Origin: Terriglobales bacterium
GTDB lineage: Bacteria; Acidobacteriota; Terriglobia; Terriglobales; SCQP01
Direction of reading: 5' to 3'
Length of the DNA: 64,000 bases
Assembly (NCBI GenBank): GCA_050745565.1
Contig: JBOGKJ010000285.1
Location: 2,149-66,148 of the forward strand
Shown: one piece after another, positions 20,258-27,628 of the stretch
Layout: every line of letters begins with the position of its first letter
Position numbering within the stretch: position 1 is the first letter of the stretch
Notes under the pieces: generated by a model
Databases searched by the model: none
Seen by the model: only the letters and a program-made list of their open reading frames with translations
Told to the model about the DNA's origin: nothing
Made by a program: the position numbers and the translations under genes

Positions 20258-20418
20258 GGCGCGGCGGCGCGGCCGACCTTTCCAGGACGCCCTCTCGTTG
20301 CCACCCCGGCGCGCCAGCGCGCCGAGGGCCCCGGGGCTGGTCCTGCTGCGGCAGGAATCGGCTTGGCGGCAGTGCCCGCCCGCTCGGCTCACGGCGCGTC
20401 CAAGCTGCCTCGATGGGC
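20258..20418. repeat. dispersed repeat family A, copy A4
   Basis: GGCGCGGCGGCGCGGCCGACCTTTCCAGGACGCCCTCTCGTTGCCACCCCGGC...GCCCGCTCGGCTCACGGCGCGTCCAAGCTGCCTCGATGG. Confidence 0.75.
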
Positions 20419-22641
20419 GCAATGCGGGCTGCCGGCCGGAGGGCATCGGTGATCCACGGTAACGAGAACGAGGCCAGGCGGCCCAACTCCAGCCGGCGGC
20501 GGCGGGTGTGGGCGCTGTCGGCGCTGTTGGTGGTGCTGATCGTGGTGCTGTTCTGGCCGCAGGCGTTCAGCTTGCGTTTCCAGCCCAGCCCGGAGCACAC
20601 CTGGCTGCTGTTTCTGCTCTCGACGCTGTGCTTCCTGGGGATTGTGGTCCTGGTGTTCGTGCTCGGGCGCCAGATGGTGAAGCTCTACGACGAGCGCCGG
20701 GCGCAGGTGCTGGGCGCGCGTTTCAAGACCAAGCTGGTGCTGGGGGCGCTGGCGCTGAGCCTGACCCCGGTGGTATGCATGTTCGGCTTCACCTATGGAC
20801 TGATCAACCGCACGCTCGACAAGTGGTTCAGCCAGCCGGTGGAGACCGTGCGCGACGACAATGCCGGCATGCTGCATCTGTTGGCCAGCTTCGTATCCCG
20901 CAACGCGCAGGACGAAGCCAACTCCCTGGCGGCGAACCCCGCGCTGCGCACGGCGCTGACCGCCGGCAACTGGGATGCGGCACGCGCGGCCTTGAGGCAG
21001 CACCGAACCACGCTGGAAGGGGGCTTCGCGCTGGTGGTCAACCCGGCGGGTCTGATCCTGGCCAGCTACGGACTCCCGCCGGGCTATGGCCCCTCTGCCC
21101 GCGGCGGCGGCGGTCAACTCCGGCTGGGGTCCACCAGCTATGCGCTCAGCGAGCAGGCGCTCGCGGGCACGCCCGGGTTCGGCGACGCGCAGGTCGAGGT
21201 CGGCATGCCGCTGCCGGAGGCGCTGACCGCCCAGATTGCGCAACTGCGGCGGGACCGGGACCGCTACGACCGGTTGGCGCACGAGCGGCGTTCGCTGCGG
21301 CTGATCTACACCGGCTACCTGCTGCTGCTGACGCTGGCAATCCTGTTTGGCGCCACTTGGTTGGCGCTGGCGCTTTCCAAGCTGGTGACGGTGCCGATGG
21401 GCGCACTGGCGGCGGCCACGCAGGAGTTGGGCCGGGGCAACCTGGCTTACCGGGTGCAGGTGGGCGCCGGGGATGAAATTGGCGTGGTGGTAGACTCGTT
21501 CAACCGCATGGCGGTCGAACTCGAGGCCAACCGCAGCCAGCTCGAGATGTCGCGGCAGGAGTTGGAAACACGGCGGCGCTACACCGAGGCGCTGCTCGAG
21601 AACACGCCTTCGGCGGTGATCTCGCTGGATCGCCAACTGAAGATCGAGCGCGTCAGCCCGGCCTTGGCGCGGCTCTACGGCCCCGAACTCAGCCGCCCGG
21701 CCACGCTGGCAGAGTTGTTCGACGGCGCCAGCCTGCGTGAAGTCCATCACCTGCTGCGCCGGGCCGAGCGCCTGCCGGCGGCCTCCGCCCAGATCGAAGT
21801 CAATGCCGGCGGGCGCGCGCTGACGCTGGCAGCCACCGCCGCCGCCATTGCCGAGCCGTCCCCGACCTCGGGCAGCCGCCGGGCCTGGTCCGGTTACGTG
21901 CTGGTGCTGGAGGATCTCACCGACATGCTGCGCATCCAAAAGACCGCCGCCTGGCGGGAAGTGGCCCAGCGCATCGCGCACGAAATCAAGAACCCGCTGA
22001 CCCCGATCGCGCTCTCCGCCCAGCGCATCCGCCGGCGCCTGGGCGAGACCGGCAGCGGCGACCAGGCGGTGATCGCCGAGTGCGCCGCCACCATCGAAAG
22101 CGAGGTGCATTCGCTCGAGCGGCTGGTGAATGAATTCAGCGCCTTCGCCCGCTTTCCCCATGCCCAGCGCGTGACCTGCGACCTGAACGAAATCGTCGAG
22201 CGCGCGCTGCGGGCCTTCGACGGCCGCCTCGACGGCATCGAGATCCGCACCCACCTGGAACCGCTGCCGCCGCTGCGACTCGACCCGGAGGACATGAAGC
22301 GGGTATTCATCAACCTGATTGACAACGCCGCCGAAGCCCTGCAGGGCTCTCCCTACCGCCAAATCACGCTCGCCACCCAGACGGCCGATGGCACCGTCGA
22401 GGCCATCGTGGCCGACACCGGCCCCGGGCTGCCCGCGGGCGACAAGCAACGTCTTTTCCTGCCCTATTACTCGACCAAGCAGCGTGGCAGCGGCCTCGGT
22501 CTGGCCATCGTGCTGCGCATTGTCGAGGAAAACGGGGGCACCCTGCGCGCCGAGGACAACGCCCCGCTGGGGGCGCGCTTCGTGATCGAGCTGCCGGTGG
22601 CCGCGGCCGAGACCGTGGCCGCGCCCGCCACGCTATCCTGA
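20413..22641 (+). CDS. ntrY: NtrY-like sensor histidine kinase (TM-HAMP-PAS-HisKA-HATPase)
   Basis: H-box AHEIKNPLTPIALSAQR, G-boxes DTGPGLP and GSGLGLAIV, N-terminal TM block. Start uncertain (20413, 20422 or later) because the 5' end abuts repeat A4. The ORF-track entry begins at 20035. Confidence 0.8.
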   Translation: MGAMRAAGRRASVIHGNENEARRPNSSRRRRVWALSALLVVLIVVLFWPQAFSLRFQPSPEHTWLLFLLSTLCFLGIVVLVFVLGRQMVKLYDERRAQVLGARFKTKLVLGALALSLTPVVCMFGFTYGLINRTLDKWFSQPVETVRDDNAGMLHLLASFVSRNAQDEANSLAANPALRTALTAGNWDAARAALRQHRTTLEGGFALVVNPAGLILASYGLPPGYGPSARGGGGQLRLGSTSYALSEQALAGTPGFGDAQVEVGMPLPEALTAQIAQLRRDRDRYDRLAHERRSLRLIYTGYLLLLTLAILFGATWLALALSKLVTVPMGALAAATQELGRGNLAYRVQVGAGDEIGVVVDSFNRMAVELEANRSQLEMSRQELETRRRYTEALLENTPSAVISLDRQLKIERVSPALARLYGPELSRPATLAELFDGASLREVHHLLRRAERLPAASAQIEVNAGGRALTLAATAAAIAEPSPTSGSRRAWSGYVLVLEDLTDMLRIQKTAAWREVAQRIAHEIKNPLTPIALSAQRIRRRLGETGSGDQAVIAECAATIESEVHSLERLVNEFSAFARFPHAQRVTCDLNEIVERALRAFDGRLDGIEIRTHLEPLPPLRLDPEDMKRVFINLIDNAAEALQGSPYRQITLATQTADGTVEAIVADTGPGLPAGDKQRLFLPYYSTKQRGSGLGLAIVLRIVEENGGTLRAEDNAPLGARFVIELPVAAAETVAAPATLS

Positions 22642-22645
22642 GCCT

Positions 22646-24007
22646 ATGACCGGACGGATCCTGGTGGTGGACGATGAGCAGGGCATCCGCCATTCGCTGC
22701 GCGGCGTCCTCGAAGATGAAGGCTACAGCGTGCAGACCGCCGCCGATGGCGCCGGCTGCCAGCGCGCCCTGCAGGAGGCCGAGTTCGACCTGGTGCTGCT
22801 CGACATCTGGCTTCCCGACCAGGACGGACTGGACCTGCTGGCGCAGATCCAGCAGCGTCCGCAACCGCCGGCGGTGCTGGTCATCAGCGGGCATGGCAGC
22901 GTCGAATCGGCCGTGCGCGCGACCAAGCTCGGCGCCTTTGACTTTTTGGAAAAACCGCTGTCGCTGGACAAAACCCTGCTCACCGCCCGTCACGCGCTGG
23001 AACAGCGCCAACTGCTGCGCGAAAACCAGCACCTGCGCCAGCACTTTGCCGCCGCCGCCACCTTGATCGGCGACAGCGTCTTGGTGCGCGCCCTGCGGCA
23101 GCAGATTGCCGTCATGGCCCCCACCAACGGCCGGGTGCTCATCTATGGCGAAAGCGGCACCGGCAAGGAACTGGTGGCGCGCGCGCTGCACGCCCAAAGC
23201 GAGCGCCGCCAGGGGCTGTTCGTCGAACTCAACTGCGCCGCCATCCCCGAGGAGTTGATTGAATCGGAGCTGTTCGGCCACGTGGCCGGAGCCTTCGCTT
23301 CCGCCGGTGAGGCCAAGGAGGGCAAATTCCGCCGCGCCGACCAGGGCACGCTGTTTCTCGACGAGGTGGGGGACATGAGCCTGAAAACCCAGGCCAAGGT
23401 GCTGCGCACGCTCGACGAGGGCCGCTTTGAGGTGCTCGGCTCCAGCCTGCCCATCACCGCCGATTGCCGCATCATCGCCGCCACCAACAAGAACCTGGAA
23501 GAGGAAATCGGCCGCGGCAACTTCCGCGAGGATCTGTTCTACCGGCTGAACGTGATTCCCTTCACCGTGCCCCCGCTGCGTGAGCGCAAGGAAGACATCC
23601 CCGCGCTGGCGCAGCATTTCCTGGAGGAATTCGCAGCCGCCTACGGACGCAAATGCCGCGAGTTCAGCCCGGAAGCGCTGGCCGCGCTTTCGGCCCATCA
23701 CTGGCCGGGCAACATCCGGGAGTTGCGCAATCTGGTGGAGCGGATCGCCATCCTGACCCCCGGAGCGCGCGTCATCGAGCGCCGCCATCTACCGCCCCTG
23801 TTGCTGCAGGGCGGCCGCCGCCTCCCGCATGCCGACTTCAGCACGCTGCACGAGGCGCGCTCCGCCTACGAGCGCGACTTCATCCGCAAGAAACTGGAGG
23901 AGAATGCCGGCAACATGACCCGTACCGCCGAAGTTCTGGGGCTGGAACGCAGCCACTTGTACCGGAAAATGAAAAGCCTGGGAATGACGGAGGAAGGCAC
24001 CAAGTAG
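22646..24007 (+). CDS. ntrX: NtrX/NtrC-family response regulator (REC + AAA+ + Fis-type HTH) with degenerate GAFTGA loop
   Basis: 453 aa: ILVVDDE...DLVLLDIWLPD, Walker A GESGTGKE, C-terminal HTH NMTRTAEVLGLERSHLYRKMK. The loop reads GAFASA instead of GAFTGA. Confidence 0.85.
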   Translation: MTGRILVVDDEQGIRHSLRGVLEDEGYSVQTAADGAGCQRALQEAEFDLVLLDIWLPDQDGLDLLAQIQQRPQPPAVLVISGHGSVESAVRATKLGAFDFLEKPLSLDKTLLTARHALEQRQLLRENQHLRQHFAAAATLIGDSVLVRALRQQIAVMAPTNGRVLIYGESGTGKELVARALHAQSERRQGLFVELNCAAIPEELIESELFGHVAGAFASAGEAKEGKFRRADQGTLFLDEVGDMSLKTQAKVLRTLDEGRFEVLGSSLPITADCRIIAATNKNLEEEIGRGNFREDLFYRLNVIPFTVPPLRERKEDIPALAQHFLEEFAAAYGRKCREFSPEALAALSAHHWPGNIRELRNLVERIAILTPGARVIERRHLPPLLLQGGRRLPHADFSTLHEARSAYERDFIRKKLEENAGNMTRTAEVLGLERSHLYRKMKSLGMTEEGTK

Positions 24008-24050
24008 CCAACAAGCAAAAAGCGATAAGCCGGGTCGCTGCCACTTTCGC

Positions 24051-24716
24051 TTACCGGGCGCTGCTCAGCAGCAGCGCCGTCAGCGCTTGCCGGAATTCCG
24101 CAATGTGGCCCGCCATGAAGTGGTCGCCGCCCTCGATCCAGCGCCGCGCCTTGGGCTCGGCGAGCGCGGCAAAGTAGGCCTCCAGATCGGCGACCGGAGC
24201 GAACTCATCGCTGCCGCCCGAGAGCATGATTTTTGGCCCCTGCCAGGTCCAGACCGCCGGCAGCGGGTCCTCGGCGCGCGCCCGGCCCACCGGCAGGCCC
24301 AGCAGAACGGCGCGCGCGACCTCGGCGAGTTCAAGCCGCGCCACCAGCCTCGCCACCATGCTGGCGCCGAAGGAAAAGCCGGCAAGCGTGACCGGGCCGG
24401 GATGGTGCTCGCGCAGCCAGTGCATTGCCGCCAGTACATCCTCCTGCTCACCCCGGCCGTGGTCGTAGCCGCCGGCGCTTGCGCCGACACCGCGAAAATT
24501 AAAGCGCAGCACCGCCAGGCCCTGCTCCATCAGCACCTGGGCGGTGTGAAAGACAATGCGGGTGTGCATGGTGCCGCCGTAGAGCGGGTGTGGATGGCAC
24601 ACCAGCGCGCTGCCTTCCAGCTGCCGCCCGGGGAGCGTGGTAGCGTCAGCGAGGTTTAGGGTATATTCGATTGGGCCAGCCGGGCCGGCCAGCCGCCCCG
24701 TCGTTATCCGAGCCAT
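24051..24716 (-). CDS. alpha/beta-fold hydrolase (COG2945-like)
   Basis: 221 aa with HPHPLYGGTMH and the nucleophile elbow LAGFSFGA. Confidence 0.7.
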   Translation of the reverse strand: MARITTGRLAGPAGPIEYTLNLADATTLPGRQLEGSALVCHPHPLYGGTMHTRIVFHTAQVLMEQGLAVLRFNFRGVGASAGGYDHGRGEQEDVLAAMHWLREHHPGPVTLAGFSFGASMVARLVARLELAEVARAVLLGLPVGRARAEDPLPAVWTWQGPKIMLSGGSDEFAPVADLEAYFAALAEPKARRWIEGGDHFMAGHIAEFRQALTALLLSSAR

Positions 24717-24718
24717 GC

Positions 24719-25783
24719 ATGCAAGAGGATAAACTATTCGCCCTCACCCGCGCCCTCATGGACGTGGACACTTCGCACGGCGAAGAAGGCCCCGCGGCCA
24801 TGCTCATCGCCGACCATCTGCGGGAGTGGGGCAGCATGCAGGTCCAGGTGTGGGCGGTGGCGCCCGGGCGGCTCAACGTGTTCGCCTGCCGCGGCATGGC
24901 GCGCGTAATCCTCAGCACCCACCTCGACACCGTACCGCCATTTATCGCCAGCCGCGAAGACGACGAGGCCATCCATGGGCGCGGCGCCTGCGATGCCAAA
25001 GGCGTCGCCGCCGCTCAGATCTTCGCCGCCCAGGAGTTGCTCGACGCCGGCCAGGTCAACTTCGGACTGCTGTTCGTGGTGGGCGAGGAGCGCGACAGTC
25101 TGGGCGCCGCCAGCGCCAACGAGCGGCAGGACAAACTGGCCCCGCTGGCGCGCTATCTGGTCAATGGCGAGCCCACCGAACTGTGCCTCGCCACCGCCGG
25201 CAAAGGAGCGCTGCGGCTCAATCTGCGCGCCCGCGGCCGCGCCGCCCACTCCGCCTACCCCGAGTTGGGCGAGAGCGCCACGGACAAGCTGATCGAGGCG
25301 CTGGACCGGCTGCAACGCCTGGAGTTGCCCCGGAACCCGGAGCTGGGCTCCACCACGGTCAACGTGGGCACACTGGCGGGGGGCATTGCGCCCAACGTCA
25401 TCGCCGACGAAGCCCACGCCGAGGTCCTCATCCGGCTGGTGGAGGACGCCGCGCCCCTGCGGCAGCAAATCGTCGCCGCCCTGGGCCCGCTGATCGAGTG
25501 CGACTTTGTGCTTGAAATCCCGCCCACGCGCTTCGTGACCCTGCCCGGTTTTCCCACCTGCACCGTCGCCTTTGGCACCGACTGCACGAAATTGAGCGCC
25601 TTTGGCGAGCCGCTGCTCTACGGGCCGGGCTCGATCCGCGTGGCCCACACCGAAAACGAGCACGTGCGTAAGGCCGATCTGCTCGCGGCGGTGCGCGGCT
25701 ACCGCGAAATCGTGACCGAACTGCTGCGCCGCACCGAGGATATTCCGCCTGCACCGGCCGAATCCTCGCCCAATCTCGGCTGA
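24719..25783 (+). CDS. M20-family metallopeptidase (ArgE/DapE-like deacylase)
   Basis: 354 aa from ATG 24719, with STHLDTVPP, GRGACDAKG and GEERDS. Confidence 0.8.
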   Translation: MQEDKLFALTRALMDVDTSHGEEGPAAMLIADHLREWGSMQVQVWAVAPGRLNVFACRGMARVILSTHLDTVPPFIASREDDEAIHGRGACDAKGVAAAQIFAAQELLDAGQVNFGLLFVVGEERDSLGAASANERQDKLAPLARYLVNGEPTELCLATAGKGALRLNLRARGRAAHSAYPELGESATDKLIEALDRLQRLELPRNPELGSTTVNVGTLAGGIAPNVIADEAHAEVLIRLVEDAAPLRQQIVAALGPLIECDFVLEIPPTRFVTLPGFPTCTVAFGTDCTKLSAFGEPLLYGPGSIRVAHTENEHVRKADLLAAVRGYREIVTELLRRTEDIPPAPAESSPNLG

Positions 25784-25786
25784 CAT

Positions 25787-25835
25787 TGTAACAAAATTGT
25801 TACAGCAGCTAAGGTGTTTATTAGAAACTTCTAAT
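25787..25835. promoter_or_regulatory. two AT-rich inverted repeats upstream of the repeat-peptide gene (operator-like)
   Basis: TGTAACA-aaat-TGTTACA (25787-25804) and ATTAGAA-ac-TTCTAAT (25820-25835). Both arms are perfect when read base by base. Confidence 0.4.
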
Positions 25836-25963
25836 TTAAGCCCGTGGGAGACTGGTGAGCACGCCTCAACCGGCTTGATGCGCGGGCCAAAGTGTTGGAT
25901 GCTCGCTGGAGTGCTCTGGCTGCCTATCGGTCAAAGCCGAGTTCAACTTTAGGAGGGACTGCC

Positions 25964-26269
25964 GTGAACAAGACGCTTGGAATGATGATTACGGTTCTGG
26001 CCTTGATGACTGCCACTGTCGGATTGAGCAACTGGGCCAACGCGGCCGATAGCGCCATTACCGCCTCGTCAGTCATGGCTACTGTACCTAGCAATACATT
26101 TGCTATCGGCATCGCCGACCCCGCTCCCGGTAGCTTCTCCTCCAAAATCGGCATCGCCGACCCCGCCCCCGGTAGCTTCTCCTCCAAGATCGGCATCGCC
26201 GACCCTGCCCCCGGTAGCTTCTCCTCCAAGATCGGCATCGCCGACCCTGCCCCTGGCAGCCTCAGGTAA
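25964..26269 (+). CDS. secreted small protein with four tandem 14-aa units IGIADPAPGSFSSK
   Basis: GTG start 7 nt after AGGAGGG. Predicted signal peptide (M)NKTLGMMITVLALMTATVGLSNWANA|ADS. Mature part ends IGIADPAPGSFSSK x3 + IGIADPAPGSLR. The 125-aa ORF-track entry starts upstream at 25892 and has no SD. Confidence 0.7.
   Translation: MNKTLGMMITVLALMTATVGLSNWANAADSAITASSVMATVPSNTFAIGIADPAPGSFSSKIGIADPAPGSFSSKIGIADPAPGSFSSKIGIADPAPGSLR
26105..26266 (+). repeat. 42-bp tandem repeat, about 3.9 copies (coding)
   Basis: ATCGGCATCGCCGACCC(C/T)GC(T/C)CCCGGTAGCTTCTCCTCCAA(A/G) repeated head to tail at 26105, 26147, 26189 and 26231 (the last is truncated). Confidence 0.95.
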
Positions 26270-26296
26270 GGGGCCTGTAGGAAGATTATTGTTAGC

Positions 26297-26354
26297 CCTT
26301 TAGAATCAACTGCTTGAAATTATTGATATTAATTCAAGTCGCAGATTCTAAAGG
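26297..26354 (+). terminator. nested AT-rich stem-loop downstream of the repeat-peptide gene
   Basis: Outer perfect 11-bp arms CCTTTAGAATC / GATTCTAAAGG enclose the inner imperfect palindrome CTTGAAATTATTGATATTAATTCAAG. No U tract. Confidence 0.4.
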
Positions 26355-26441
26355 TGTTAGCTGGTTTTAGCCTTTACCCCGGTCGCGCTCCTAGCCAAAA
26401 ATAGTTCGTCCCGTCGTGCGCGGCTGGGATAGACTGGCTGG

Positions 26442-27152
26442 GTGAGTTTGAGCTTGGCCATTTGGATCGGGGTCTGCGCCTGCTACGCCTTGGCGTTGGC
26501 AGCCAGTTTCACCGTCAAGTTGGACCGTGCGGTCCGCTGGTGTATCCGCGCGTATTTTGCGGTTGCGCTCGCCTGTAACTTCCTCACCCACTCGACCCTT
26601 CTCGTATTTGGGTTCCGCTCAGCACAATACACGTACGCCTATTTTGGCGCGGACCTGCTGTGCATCTTTGCGGGCTATTTGGTGCTCTCGCGGCTTCTGG
26701 AACTGGCTTTTGAAAAATCCAAACTCCGGCTGACTCGTCTGCGCTCCGGCGCCATTCTGCTGTTCGCCGGACTGACCGCCATCGGCGCCTTGTCGGTGTT
26801 CCTGCTGCGTGGCAGGCTGACGGTTATCACCTTCAGCCTGCAGATGGAACAGGACTTCTCCTTCTTGGGCATGGCGCTGGCATTGGTGCTGTTCGCCATC
26901 GTGGCCTTCAGCCTAGTCGAAGGCCTTCGCTTCAGGCGGATCGTGCTGTCGTTCAGCTTGCTTTACAGCGTTGGAGCGATCGCCTATGCGATCGCGCTGC
27001 TCGCCCCGACGAGCTACCCTCTGGTTGGGCGTTTCGTCATTCCGGCAATCAGCCTGCCCAGCACGCTGCTGATCGCCTACTCGCTTTTGGTGCCCGAGCG
27101 CGAGCCGGCCCGGCGCGCCATGGCCTTGCGCAGGGTGGAGGAGGCGGCATAA
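26442..27152 (+). CDS. 7-TM integral membrane protein, unknown function
   Basis: 236 aa, GTG start, seven hydrophobic segments of about 20 aa, no motif I recognise. Visibly lower GC than neighbours. Confidence 0.6.
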   Translation: MSLSLAIWIGVCACYALALAASFTVKLDRAVRWCIRAYFAVALACNFLTHSTLLVFGFRSAQYTYAYFGADLLCIFAGYLVLSRLLELAFEKSKLRLTRLRSGAILLFAGLTAIGALSVFLLRGRLTVITFSLQMEQDFSFLGMALALVLFAIVAFSLVEGLRFRRIVLSFSLLYSVGAIAYAIALLAPTSYPLVGRFVIPAISLPSTLLIAYSLLVPEREPARRAMALRRVEEAA

Positions 27153-27553
27153 TGGCGCACGCTGCCAACCTGGTGTCGCTGCTGATTCTGCTGATGAGCT
27201 TGGGCGGGGCGGTGTTTACCCTGGCCGCCGTGGCCCATAGCCGCATTCAGGAAGCCGACGCGCGCCAGCTCAACCGGCTGCGCGATGAAGGCTACCTGCC
27301 CACCGATGTGAGCGTCATGGCCGAGATCGAGACCATGCGCGACCAACTGCGCCAGATGGCCCCGGTCATCTGCATGCGCCAGGATCTTGTGCTCGACGGC
27401 TACTTCCTGCTGCTGCGTATCGCAGCCCGCATCGAGCCTTCGGCCGAGCCGCTGCAGCACGAACTCGGGCGTCTGGCCGCCTTCCAGGCCGCTCGCTACC
27501 GCGTGGCCCTGCAGCGCTACGAGCACTTCCGCCTCAGCGGTCAACTCAGCTAG
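27152..27553 (+). CDS. small single-pass membrane protein, unknown function
   Basis: 133 aa. The ATG overlaps the upstream TAA (TAATG). N-terminal TM LVSLLILLMSLGGAVFTLAAVA, then a helical soluble part. Confidence 0.55.
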   Translation: MAHAANLVSLLILLMSLGGAVFTLAAVAHSRIQEADARQLNRLRDEGYLPTDVSVMAEIETMRDQLRQMAPVICMRQDLVLDGYFLLLRIAARIEPSAEPLQHELGRLAAFQAARYRVALQRYEHFRLSGQLS

Positions 27554-27628
27554 CTCGAGGGTTATTGGTGGTTGGCCACGGCCGACGAGCGGCACGCGGC
27601 TGAGCTTTAAGCAAGGCCAACCCAGCCG

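Noticed and set aside
26105-26266. Regularly spaced 42-bp repeats considered as a CRISPR array.
   Set aside because: The units are directly abutting with no spacers. They are in frame within a signal-peptide ORF that has a strong SD, and no cas genes are nearby. It is a coding tandem repeat.
27567-27623. GGTTGGCC ... GGCCAACC inverted repeat between the convergent small-TM gene and the sigma54 regulator gene, considered as a bidirectional terminator.
   Set aside because: It has only an 8-bp stem with a ~37-nt loop and no U tracts. Too weak to annotate.
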